A stretch of 20,000 nt of DNA from an uncultured virus (IMG/VR IMGVR_UViG_3300014962_000005) (IMGVR_UViG_3300014962_000005), one strand, 5' to 3'. Shown: positions 7,761-15,932, counted from the first letter of the stretch. A program made the numbers and translations. Notes: generated by a model from the sequence alone, not told the origin.

Positions 7761-7769
7761 GTGGTTGGG

Positions 7770-8285
7770 TTACAGCTCGTCGGTCAGCGTGGCGAACTCG
7801 GCCTCGGCATCGACCGGAGCAGCACCGAACGAGTCACCATCCTTGGCGAACTGCACGGCACGAAGCTCGGCGTTGATGCGCTTTCCGTACTGGTTGTCCT
7901 GGACCCAAAGGCGGATGCTCGCGTTGACGTAGCAGCCGGCGTAGGGTTTGCCGTCCTCCTCGGCCAGGGCCACGGAGGGGTCGCGGTCCACGATGGGGAT
8001 GCGCTTCTTGCTGGAGGCGCTGACGTACTTGACGCCGGGGCCGTAGCCGTCGGTGTCGGGCTTCTCGCTGCCGTCGTGGAGGCATGTGCCCTTCATGTGC
8101 TTGCCCTTGAGTTCCTCGCGGTGGAGCTTCTCAATCGCAGACTCGATCTCTTTGATCTTGGCCGCGTGCTTGGTCTTGTCCAGCAGGAACGATGCGCCGA
8201 ACTTCGGCTCACCGCCATCAGGGCCAGCCTTGGCTTTGAACAGGGCGGGGAAGGACAGACGGACGTTTTCGAGTTTGATGATCAT
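7770..8285 (-). CDS. DUF2815 family single-stranded DNA-binding protein (Enc34-like)
   Basis: NVRLSFPALF, PKFGASFLL, LHDG, YAGCYVNASI, NAELRAVQFAKDGDSFG, acidic C-terminal tail. Confidence 0.92.
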   Translation of the reverse strand: MIIKLENVRLSFPALFKAKAGPDGGEPKFGASFLLDKTKHAAKIKEIESAIEKLHREELKGKHMKGTCLHDGSEKPDTDGYGPGVKYVSASSKKRIPIVDRDPSVALAEEDGKPYAGCYVNASIRLWVQDNQYGKRINAELRAVQFAKDGDSFGAAPVDAEAEFATLTDEL

Positions 8286-8333
8286 GGGTCTCTACGGTTT
8301 CTACGGGTTCTGGGTTTCGTTGCGTATTCAGGT

Positions 8334-9560
8334 TCACAGATCGTCTGTGAGTTGCTGAAAGTCATTGGCGGCTGCCATCAGAGACGGCCGCTTGTCGCTC
8401 TCAGGGACGAGCGTGGGTTTGCCTTCACGACGGACGATCAGGCTCTCCAGCTTGTTCTTGAAGCGCGGGGAAAGGGGTTCATGCTTGAGCAGTTTCTCGG
8501 CTTGTGCAACCGAAACGAGCTTCTTCTCGAAAGTATTTTCCTTCAGCTTGGGCTTCAGGAACTTGGCAGCGGCCTCCTCGTCGGCCCACTGGCGCGAGCC
8601 ACGGCCTTCGACGAGCTTCCATCCTGGGAGCGGGCGACCGTCAGCCGCGAGCTTCTGTGCGTAGGACTCGATTGAATCGAGCCACTTCCCGACTGACTTC
8701 GCTACGGCGAGCGCAGCGAGTAGGTGAGTCTCGTCGAGAGCATCGGGGGGTGCAAGGCCAACGGTGACGGCGCTCGGGTCGGCCACGACGGCCTCGGGCT
8801 GGGTCAGCACCATGTCGAGTGGAGCGAGATCGCCGAGGAGGTGCTGGGCGCGGGCGGTGCAGAAGCCGCTGGCGGGGCAGAACTGGCAGGTCGTGTCGGA
8901 GGGGGCGAACTGAGCCTGAAAAAATGCGTAATCAGGATTCAGAACGTCTTCTGCAACAGATTTGATATGCAGGTTTGTCCAATCCTGCAACTCTCCCCAC
9001 GTCATCACCCATGGCTCATCAGGCTCGTCGCGGTGGCAGCGGGGCTGATAGATCGCCATGACGATCTTGGTGTCATCAGTGATGTCGTGCGTGCCTAGGC
9101 CGAGCACCACCGTCTCGATGAAGCAGCGGGCGTAGATCGCCATTTGCTTGTTCTCGAAGCTGTCCACCGGCACGCCGGCCCCGTACTTGTAGTCGATGAT
9201 GGTGACTTGGTCGGTGGTGACGCTGGCGTAGTCCACGATGGCGTTGCGGCCGGGGTAGTACCAGAGTGGCACCTTCGTCTCAACGAACTCGGCGGCACCG
9301 GGGGCGGAGAGGCTGCGGCAGAAGTTGCGGTAGCCTTGTGCATGGCGCTCCATCTCGGCGGTTGCACCGACAGGGAGATTTTTACCCGTCAGTAAAGATT
9401 CGCAAACTGAGTGAGCAAGAGTGCCCTCCAGCGAGTAGGCCGTGTCGCGGTTCTCTGGAATCCTGTGATGGTTCTCCAGGATGAAACTTGGACTGGCCGT
9501 GCAGACGGTCCAGCGCGAGGCGCTGGATGCGCCGAGGTCGAGGCGTGGGGGCTTGTTCAT
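8334..9560 (-). CDS. DUF2800 family Cas4-like PD-(D/E)XK exonuclease
   Basis: ASSASRWTVC, EGTLAH, IIDYKYG, QMAIYA, IYQPR, CQFC..C, GWKLVEGR; ATG at 9558-9560 overlaps the upstream TGA. Confidence 0.92.
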   Translation of the reverse strand: MNKPPRLDLGASSASRWTVCTASPSFILENHHRIPENRDTAYSLEGTLAHSVCESLLTGKNLPVGATAEMERHAQGYRNFCRSLSAPGAAEFVETKVPLWYYPGRNAIVDYASVTTDQVTIIDYKYGAGVPVDSFENKQMAIYARCFIETVVLGLGTHDITDDTKIVMAIYQPRCHRDEPDEPWVMTWGELQDWTNLHIKSVAEDVLNPDYAFFQAQFAPSDTTCQFCPASGFCTARAQHLLGDLAPLDMVLTQPEAVVADPSAVTVGLAPPDALDETHLLAALAVAKSVGKWLDSIESYAQKLAADGRPLPGWKLVEGRGSRQWADEEAAAKFLKPKLKENTFEKKLVSVAQAEKLLKHEPLSPRFKNKLESLIVRREGKPTLVPESDKRPSLMAAANDFQQLTDDL

Positions 9561-9745
9561 CGGCAGATGAGGGCGATGTAGGGCATGGTGTTGCTCGGGC
9601 TGAGGCTTGAGCGGTATTTCACTTCTACCACCGCTTGCGAGCCAGCTTGGCTGGAGCACTCAACGCGCACCGGCAGGTGCTTGCCTTGGATGGCTTCAAT
9701 CTCGTTGATGCGGTCAATGATTTCGGATGTGGTCATGGATTCCAT
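9557..9745 (-). CDS. Hypothetical protein (59-62 aa)
   Basis: ORF track; ATGA overlap with DUF2800; A/C-rich leader. Confidence 0.7.
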   Translation of the reverse strand: MESMTTSEIIDRINEIEAIQGKHLPVRVECSSQAGSQAVVEVKYRSSLSPSNTMPYIALICR

Positions 9746-9772
9746 AGGGTGTGGGCTGTTGGGTTTGAGGGG

Positions 9773-9858
9773 TGAGCGGCCTCGCTTTTATGCGCTTACG
9801 AGACGGGCGATGGGAGTAACCAGTGAAGCAAAACACCGACGCAATGCCACGACGCTCA
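9773..9858 (-). ncRNA. Candidate structured RNA with a pseudoknot
   Basis: Pairings read by eye: UGAGCG/CGCUCA, GUGGC/GUUAC, CGGUG/CACUG, GUCUCG/CGAGGC, plus bulge UGCGU with loop GCGCA. Confidence 0.55.
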
Positions 9859-9864
9859 AGTTGT

Positions 9865-10419
9865 TCACAGGTTCTCAACACCGCACAGTTCGCAGGCGAA
9901 CTTGTGGAACGCGGCGTAGTGCTTGGGGTCGAGATCCTTCAGGGCGTCGGCACCGTGCTCGGCAATCCACGCCTTCGCTTCAGGGAGCTTGTTGGCGCTG
10001 GCGATGGCCGGGATGACGTTGGCGCGGAAGTAGTCCATGTCGAAGGGTGTCGGGAGGGATGGGGTTTCTTCTTGGGTTGGTGCAGGGACCGGTTCTTCGG
10101 CGGCAACCGGAGCCTGCTGTTCCTGCTCGGTAACAAGAGCAGCAGCAGCGGCTTGGACGACCTCGTTAGCAGCCTGCACCTCAGCTTCGCCGTAGGTGAT
10201 GATCTCCGGCTCAGGGGCAGTCTCGCGCTTCTTGCGGGTGCGCTTGGTCGGTTGCTCATCGTTGGTCAGCACGGTGACGAGCTGGGCTTCAGCGGTCTCT
10301 GCCACCGGCTTCCGCAGCGCGTTCACCTGCATCACGGCCACGTCGTTGAGCGTGTCGATGAGTTGCTCGATCTTGCGGTTCAGTTCGGTCAGTTGGGGGA
10401 TGTCGATTTCGATTTTCAT
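9865..10419 (-). CDS. Acidic Ala/Glu/Pro-rich protein typical of the gene upstream of DUF2800 in APSE-type modules
   Basis: Low-complexity linker and C-terminal IAEHGADALKDLDPKHYA domain; conserved position in the module. Confidence 0.8.
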   Translation of the reverse strand: MKIEIDIPQLTELNRKIEQLIDTLNDVAVMQVNALRKPVAETAEAQLVTVLTNDEQPTKRTRKKRETAPEPEIITYGEAEVQAANEVVQAAAAALVTEQEQQAPVAAEEPVPAPTQEETPSLPTPFDMDYFRANVIPAIASANKLPEAKAWIAEHGADALKDLDPKHYAAFHKFACELCGVENL

Positions 10420-10445
10420 GGGTGTTCGTTTTGGGTTGTGCCGGC

Positions 10446-10488
10446 ATCTTGGCGAGGCTCGGCGAGATGGTCAAGAACTATTTTACAG
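10446..10488 (-). promoter_or_regulatory. Sigma70-type promoter, copy 1
   Basis: CTGTAAAATAGTTC-TTGACC, 17-nt spacer, CAAGAT; 19-nt block identical to 12451-12469. Confidence 0.7.
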
Positions 10489-10498
10489 ACCCGACGTT

Positions 10499-10654
10499 TC
10501 ACTTCTTCCCGCCAGCAGCGAGATGGCGACGGGCAGCTTTTCGTACCTGTCTTTGGTTGTGGCCGATAGAGTATTGCTTCCAGCTTGGCGGACCCTTTGG
10601 TCGGAGGGCCACTTTCTGAGCTTTGGATGCAGACTTTCCGTGGTCGGTATTCAT
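10499..10654 (-). CDS. Small basic hypothetical protein (51 aa)
   Basis: MNTDHGK..NQRQVRKAARR; ATG overlaps the upstream TGA at 10651. Confidence 0.6.
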   Translation of the reverse strand: MNTDHGKSASKAQKVALRPKGPPSWKQYSIGHNQRQVRKAARRHLAAGGKK

Positions 10655-10899
10655 GGGTATTGAGGCGGGTTTGCTGGGAAGTATCTGGTTCCGTCGTCTT
10701 GGCCGTCTCGGTTGATGCGGTCGCAGCGTACCAAAACTCCTTTGAGCATACAAGCTAAGGCCAGTGTATCTAAATAACCTTCGCTAGGAAGCCAGTTTAC
10801 TAGTTCGGCCTTTATAATACTTTTATTTTCACATTTGGACTTGCTTACTTCTAGGAAATAGCCGGGCTTATCAGGGCGAAGGAGGGGTTCCATAATCAA
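10651..10899 (-). CDS. Hypothetical protein, AT-rich (about 80 aa)
   Basis: ORF track; fills the gap with overlaps at both ends; visibly AT-rich. Confidence 0.55.
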   Translation of the reverse strand: MIMEPLLRPDKPGYFLEVSKSKCENKSIIKAELVNWLPSEGYLDTLALACMLKGVLVRCDRINRDGQDDGTRYFPANPPQYP

Positions 10900-11168
10900 G
10901 ATTGCGTGGGTAGATCGCTGTTCGCGATTGCCAAGGCTTTACGGATTGTCGATTTGTCTCCGGTTTCAAGGTCGCGGCAGGCTTCGATAACGCCGCTCCA
11001 AAAGTGGCAACCGCCGCAAGTTCTTGGGCGCTCGCATTGCGCGGTCGCTCGATGTTGGTCCTTGAGAATTGACGCCGCTGCACCAAGAGCGGAGATGTGT
11101 TTCAGCATCTCGTCGTGACGCGCCTTCCAATCTACAGGAGGACCACCGCAAGTTACGTCGGGGTTCAT
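10896..11168 (-). CDS. Hypothetical protein with CxxC-like motif (90 aa)
   Basis: ORF track; RTCGGCHFW; overlaps with neighbours. Confidence 0.65.
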   Translation of the reverse strand: MNPDVTCGGPPVDWKARHDEMLKHISALGAAASILKDQHRATAQCERPRTCGGCHFWSGVIEACRDLETGDKSTIRKALAIANSDLPTQS

Positions 11169-11416
11169 GCTGCTTCGGGCTTCGGGCAGCCAAGGACTTC
11201 GTGGCCCGGGGCGTCGAACTCGACGAGGGTCAGGCGCACAACCTGCTCAGGCGGCGGCTCGTCTCGGTTTTCCCAAGCGACAGGCTCGAAGGAGAGGCTG
11301 GACGTGAACGGGAGGCCGTTTTCGCGAAGCATTTCATCGAGGGCCTGGTGAACGTCGTTGAGCACGTCGTTCGGGTGTTGCATCAGGTTGAGGGGGCGGG
11401 TGGAGTACGTTTTCAT
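11165..11416 (-). CDS. Hypothetical protein (83 aa)
   Basis: ORF track; ATGA overlaps. Confidence 0.7.
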   Translation of the reverse strand: MKTYSTRPLNLMQHPNDVLNDVHQALDEMLRENGLPFTSSLSFEPVAWENRDEPPPEQVVRLTLVEFDAPGHEVLGCPKPEAA

Positions 11417-11973
11417 GGGTTTGCGGTTTTGGTTTTCTCTGCGGCGGCTTTGAAGAGACGAAGACGTTCTTCTGTGCCGACCTTCTCTTCAAGCACTTCG
11501 CGAAGGGCTTTCAAGAACTTCTCATTGTCGCTGTTGGCAGCCTCGATGCGGAGCATCTTTGCCTCGTGGGCGGCCTGAGACACGGCCTTCAGCGAAGCCT
11601 CGTGGCGGTCATGTCTGCGCTGGCGCTCCTCGGCGGCGAATTTCTGGCGCTGGAACTCAAGGAGCTTGCTCTTGTTTTTGACAATCTCTTTGGAGAGATT
11701 GACGATACTCTTGAGGCTTTGGTGAACCGTGGCTCGATGGCGCTTGGCGAGTTCAAGGGAGTATTGGCACTGGCGGTACCACGAGTTCTTCTCTCCTTCG
11801 TGGGCCTCAAGTTGAGCCTGCATCGACACGATAGCTTTGTCGAGGTTCTTGGCTTCTTCTTGCAGACCAAGGTAGAACCCTGTGTCCTTCGGGTCTCCGC
11901 CGATGTTGGCGAGCAAGGTGGCGGCTTGCCGGTTGATTGGGTCTAGCGGAATATCGGGGTATGAGGGTTTCAT
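11413..11973 (-). CDS. Coiled-coil hypothetical protein (186 aa)
   Basis: ORF track; helical K/E/A/L-rich composition; ATGA overlaps. Confidence 0.75.
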   Translation of the reverse strand: MKPSYPDIPLDPINRQAATLLANIGGDPKDTGFYLGLQEEAKNLDKAIVSMQAQLEAHEGEKNSWYRQCQYSLELAKRHRATVHQSLKSIVNLSKEIVKNKSKLLEFQRQKFAAEERQRRHDRHEASLKAVSQAAHEAKMLRIEAANSDNEKFLKALREVLEEKVGTEERLRLFKAAAEKTKTANP

Positions 11974-12238
11974 GTTTGTGAAGTGTGACTGTCCTGGTTA
12001 AAAGATGGCGGGGGTAATAAAACTGTTTCGGGATGAACAGTGGGAAGAGGTAGATGCGGGCGCGTAGCCCTGCACACTTTAAAGTCACATCGCACACACT
12101 TGAATAAATACTCAATTTCAGTCTGCTTCATGTGTCCGTAGCAATGCTTACCCGTCTTCGCCGGAACAAAACCGCTGGAAATAACGATCGAAGGGTGTCC
12201 GTCCGGGTAGGGTGTTTTCATGTTTGTGAAGTGTGACT
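11968..12238. repeat. 23-nt exact direct repeat (11968-11990 and 12216-12238)
   Basis: tttcatgtttgtgaagtgtgact occurs twice, 248 nt apart, each copy covering a start codon. Confidence 0.9.
11970..12221 (-). CDS. Hypothetical Cys-containing protein (83 aa), lower GC
   Basis: ORF track; HC..GH, CVRC; bounded by the direct repeats. Confidence 0.65.
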   Translation of the reverse strand: MKTPYPDGHPSIVISSGFVPAKTGKHCYGHMKQTEIEYLFKCVRCDFKVCRATRPHLPLPTVHPETVLLPPPSFNQDSHTSQT

Positions 12239-12241
12239 CAC

Positions 12242-12397
12242 TCAGCGTGTGGAAACCTGAACGATGATCTCGGTTCCGTCGTTCAGAAGAATGGTGAACT
12301 CGCCTTCACGAAGGCGTTTCATGTTGAAGCAGTCGAGTTCAGGAATCTTGTTGGCGTCGATGGCAGCGGCGATGAGTTGAGCGATGATGGCTTTCAT
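12242..12397 (-). CDS. Small hypothetical protein (51 aa)
   Basis: Hand translation MKAIIAQLIAAAIDANKIPELDCFNMKRLREGEFTILLNDGTEIIVQVSTR*; first gene after promoter copy 2. Confidence 0.7.
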   Translation of the reverse strand: MKAIIAQLIAAAIDANKIPELDCFNMKRLREGEFTILLNDGTEIIVQVSTR

Positions 12398-12426
12398 GGG
12401 TAGGTGTGTTTGTGGTCTGTGGGCGT

Positions 12427-12469
12427 ATTCTGGCGAGACGATTCACCTGCGTCAAGAACTATTTTACAG
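12427..12469 (-). promoter_or_regulatory. Sigma70-type promoter, copy 2
   Basis: CTGTAAAATAGTTC-TTGACG, 17-nt spacer, CAGAAT; contains the primase TAA stop. Confidence 0.7.
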
Positions 12470-15025
12470 TAGGTCAACAACTTCCCCCTCGTCGCCATCG
12501 GGATTGCCTAGGAGGCGGGCCTCGGCGGTGCGGCTGACGCCCTTGTGCTTGTCCCAACGGGTCACGTGGGTCCACATGTTGTGGCGGTCGCCGTCCAGCA
12601 TGATGCGCTTGTCCTTCTGGTAGCCCTCCTCGCGCAGCAGGTTGCCGAGATACTGCATGGAGGCGTCCTTGCCCCCTGACAAGAGCACGCACTCACGGAG
12701 CTTCTGAATGCTCACCAAGTCAGGTCTCACCAGAGGGTTCTCGCCGTCCTTGATGATCTGCCGAACGATCTGGTGCGTGTCGTTCACACTGGTCTCCACA
12801 AGGTCGGAGAGGTAGGTGGTGACCGGGGCGTGGCTGTCGGCAGGGAAGTCGTCGGAAATCTGCCAGTTCTCGAAGAAGTGCCGCATCTCAGCGGCCCGGT
12901 CGTTGATGACCTCAAAGAGCTTCTCGAAGTAGCCCCGACCAAGGGCGACGACTTGCTCGCGCGTCTGGAGGCGGCTCTTCAGGACGAAGTAGCGCCGGTC
13001 GTCGTCCGTGATGGCAAGGCTGTCGTGGTGGTTGGTGAAGAGCAGATAGTTGGTGCGGTTGGGCAGCTCGCGGTTGTCCATGAACCGCTGGTTGACCGAG
13101 ATGCGGGCGTTGGAGATGAGGGGCTTCAAGACGTTCATCACCTCATGGCGGTTGGTGCCTGCCACGCGAATCTCCTCAAGGGTGACGAGCTGGTGGCCCA
13201 CCGACCAGTCGTTCCACTGGCTGTTGAGGGCATTGCAGTCCACGGTCTTGACGTGGGCGTTGCCGAGAACCGCCCGCATCAGTTCCGCTAGGGCCGTCTT
13301 GCCGCACCCTTGCGCCCCCTGCAATAGGACGGCCCAGCGGACCTTGCGGCCCGGATTCTGGACGAGGAAGGCCAAGAAGTCGATGACCGTGCGGCGATAC
13401 TCCGGCTCGGCGATCAGGTTCTCCATGTGGCTGAGGAACACCTTGGCGACCTCGCCGGTCTCGTCGGCCTTGGGGGCTGGGTGGCTGCGGACGTAGGTGT
13501 TGAGGTACACCCGGTTGTCCTCGGTGAAGAAAATCTCGTTGGGCTGCGCCGGGTTGTAGTCCGTGGCGTAGACCGTGGGGATCTTCGCCTCGTTCATCAC
13601 GTAATGCGTCGGCAGGGTCGTCGGCTTGTTGGCGTCCTTGGAGTTCTCCACCGTGTCGGGGTCCGGCAGCAGCTTGCGGCTGTACATGTTGTTGAAGGCG
13701 TCCATGTCGTAGACCTCACCCGTGCTGTGGCGCATGATCTTGTTGACGCTGGCGATGAACACCAGGCCCTTGACCCATGGTGGGAGCTTCTTGCTGGCCT
13801 CGTCTTTGCTGCGCTGGATCTTGGCCTTGTGCTTGGCCACGTCTTTGCGCACCGCTGTCGGCGTCAGGCGCTCGCCGAACTTGTTCTTCGCCGCCGTGAC
13901 GAGGCGCTGGATGAGGGCGTCCTCCTCGGACTGGCCGATCATCAGGGTGCCGGCGATCATCTTCACCCCTGTCGTTGACAACTCGCTGAAGCTCTGCGCC
14001 GTCTCGAACCAGTCGCGGGTCTTGGCGAAGCTGGCGTCCTTCACCTGAGCGTTGCTCCAGCCAGCTACGGTGGCGTGGTGAAGCAGAGAGCGGATGGTCA
14101 CGGGCGCACGTCCGATAGGGGTAGGCTTGGAGCTTCTCCAGTTGGTGCGGCAATCTTCTTCGCTGGCGTACTTCGTTCCTCGCCTCGACCACTCGTGGAA
14201 GATGTCGAACGCCTCGTCCTCCAGCTTCGGGCAGAACTGGTGCTTGAGAGCTGCGATGATGTTGACCCACATCTCTCGGGAGCAATCCGGGTCAATGCTC
14301 TCCAGCGCCTCGGCTGCCACGTCGAGCGTCACCTCCTCGACCGGGGGCCGGAGGAAGCCGAGGTCGTCGAGTGTGGCCTCGCGGCCGGCACGGGAGGACG
14401 TGGGGCTGCCCGAGGCGGTGACGGTGATGTTGTGCTCCTGAAACGTCGCGCCCTCGCGGTTGTCGAGGATCAGGGGGTGGTCGTTCTCAACGTCCTGGTC
14501 CAAGAAGCAGATGGGTAGGTACATCGGCTGCACTGCCACCCGGCTCTCCTTGTTGAGCGTCACTCCCAGCTTCGAGGCGAGGGTCGCCAGGGCGTCAGGG
14601 TATCGTTGAGGCGGGATGGCCTCGGCGTCTACCATGACGCGGAGTCTGGGGGCTTGGCGGGTGTGGCTGGCTGTCGTGTAGACGGCGAACGACCACGGCA
14701 GCAGGGCTTGCTCGATGTGGCCCGTGTTCTGGAGCAGGCTCTTGGCCTCGTCGCTGTCGTCCACGTCCAAGCACAGCAGGTTGCAATGCGTGGCGTGCTG
14801 GTGCTGGCGGGGGCTGGGTGAAGCGTCGAAGACGCAGGGGACGAGGTAGTTGGTCTTCTTGAGCTGGTCCCTCTCCCTTTTGGTGAGGCTCAAGAACTCA
14901 TCATGGGTGCGGTTGATGAGGACCGGGACGCTCAGGTAGCGTTCCACCAACTCGCGGAAGTTGCGTGCCGTCGTCACCTTACAGGTGCCGAGATCGGACC
15001 CCTCGCCGTAGAAGTATCGTGCCAT
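12464..15025 (-). CDS. Primase-helicase: AEP-like N-terminus, PriCT-2 domain and SF3 (DUF5906/D5-like) helicase
   Basis: LCLDVDD, YTTASH..PRLRV, QPMYLP; PriCT-2-like IDPDCSREMWVNIIAALK..FHEWS..KY; Walker A GAQGCGKT; LEEI; LLFTN; DDRRYFV. Confidence 0.9.
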   Translation of the reverse strand: MARYFYGEGSDLGTCKVTTARNFRELVERYLSVPVLINRTHDEFLSLTKRERDQLKKTNYLVPCVFDASPSPRQHQHATHCNLLCLDVDDSDEAKSLLQNTGHIEQALLPWSFAVYTTASHTRQAPRLRVMVDAEAIPPQRYPDALATLASKLGVTLNKESRVAVQPMYLPICFLDQDVENDHPLILDNREGATFQEHNITVTASGSPTSSRAGREATLDDLGFLRPPVEEVTLDVAAEALESIDPDCSREMWVNIIAALKHQFCPKLEDEAFDIFHEWSRRGTKYASEEDCRTNWRSSKPTPIGRAPVTIRSLLHHATVAGWSNAQVKDASFAKTRDWFETAQSFSELSTTGVKMIAGTLMIGQSEEDALIQRLVTAAKNKFGERLTPTAVRKDVAKHKAKIQRSKDEASKKLPPWVKGLVFIASVNKIMRHSTGEVYDMDAFNNMYSRKLLPDPDTVENSKDANKPTTLPTHYVMNEAKIPTVYATDYNPAQPNEIFFTEDNRVYLNTYVRSHPAPKADETGEVAKVFLSHMENLIAEPEYRRTVIDFLAFLVQNPGRKVRWAVLLQGAQGCGKTALAELMRAVLGNAHVKTVDCNALNSQWNDWSVGHQLVTLEEIRVAGTNRHEVMNVLKPLISNARISVNQRFMDNRELPNRTNYLLFTNHHDSLAITDDDRRYFVLKSRLQTREQVVALGRGYFEKLFEVINDRAAEMRHFFENWQISDDFPADSHAPVTTYLSDLVETSVNDTHQIVRQIIKDGENPLVRPDLVSIQKLRECVLLSGGKDASMQYLGNLLREEGYQKDKRIMLDGDRHNMWTHVTRWDKHKGVSRTAEARLLGNPDGDEGEVVDLL

Positions 15026-15047
15026 GGTTAGGTGTGAAAGGGTGTAT

Positions 15048-15932
15048 TTATTCGCAGAAACCGCTGTTGCAACCGATGTTGTCCTCTTCTGGGTCGTCTA
15101 GGTATGTTCCTTTCGCCCCCTTGCCAGTCATGCTCCATTTGACCACGTCATCAATGGTGGCAACCTTCAAGACGCGGCCATCCTTCGTGTGAAATTCCTT
15201 GGACCGAAAGCGTTCAGGAATCTTGTCAGATGCGAAAAAAGTCGCGTTTCGCCCTCTCTCCCACATCTCCTCCTCCATGGCCCGAATCATATCTATGCGT
15301 TCTGGAAAATTGAGCGCGATGTTTCGCACTTCAGCTTTGATGGACATGATGCACGGCCAGCACCCGACTCGCCTAGCTCCCATGGAGTAGAGGGGGTTCA
15401 AGGGGATGCCGTACTTCTTGTGAATGTTAAGCACGTCGTCGATGGTCCAGCGGATGAGTGGTCTCCACTGCACGGTAAGAAGGTTGCCAGAGTAGTCCCA
15501 CTCTGGGAGGTCAGCTCGATCTGCTGATTCATTGGCGCGAACACCTGACACGGCGACGACCTCAGAGTAAAAGGCCCGGAGATGCTTGATGTGATCTTGC
15601 GACGGCCAAATTTTTAGCTCTTGCGTGCAGAACCGAACCATCTTGGAGGGGAAGCGGTTGTGAGCACGGACCATGTCGTAGAAGCCGTTTTTCGGCTTCA
15701 GCGTTTGAACGGGGTGTACCCTCTCAGAGAGAATCTTGATCTGCTCGTAGGTCCACTCGTGCTCGTTGCCCGTGTCCGAGAAGGTAGCGTTGATCTTGTG
15801 CTTTGGAATGCCGCTCTCGTACACCATCCAGAGAAGTACGGCGGTCGAGTCTTTACCCCCTGAGATGCCGACATGGAAGATGGTGTCGTCAGGGAGTTCT
15901 TTGAGCTTGTCAGTGTTGGAGTTGTTGGTCAT
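15048..15932 (-). CDS. Phosphoadenosine phosphosulfate (PAPS) reductase-family protein, phage type
   Basis: PP-loop ISGGKDS, FSDTGNE, RFCTQELK, GVRANES..R, NPLY..GARRVGCWPCI, C-terminal CNSGFCE. Confidence 0.9.
   Translation of the reverse strand: MTNNSNTDKLKELPDDTIFHVGISGGKDSTAVLLWMVYESGIPKHKINATFSDTGNEHEWTYEQIKILSERVHPVQTLKPKNGFYDMVRAHNRFPSKMVRFCTQELKIWPSQDHIKHLRAFYSEVVAVSGVRANESADRADLPEWDYSGNLLTVQWRPLIRWTIDDVLNIHKKYGIPLNPLYSMGARRVGCWPCIMSIKAEVRNIALNFPERIDMIRAMEEEMWERGRNATFFASDKIPERFRSKEFHTKDGRVLKVATIDDVVKWSMTGKGAKGTYLDDPEEDNIGCNSGFCE

Noticed and set aside
8334..9560. Cas4-like gene as part of a CRISPR-Cas system
   Set aside because: No repeat-spacer array or other cas genes are seen; the context is the standard DUF2800-DUF2815-polA module
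9773..9858. tRNA or intrinsic terminator interpretation of the structured element
   Set aside because: No T-loop GTTC or D-loop signature and no 7-nt anticodon loop; no U-tract after the hairpins on the coding strand
15048..15932. Complete Dnd/Ssp phosphorothioation system
   Set aside because: No DndA/B/D/E or Ssp partners are recognisable in the window
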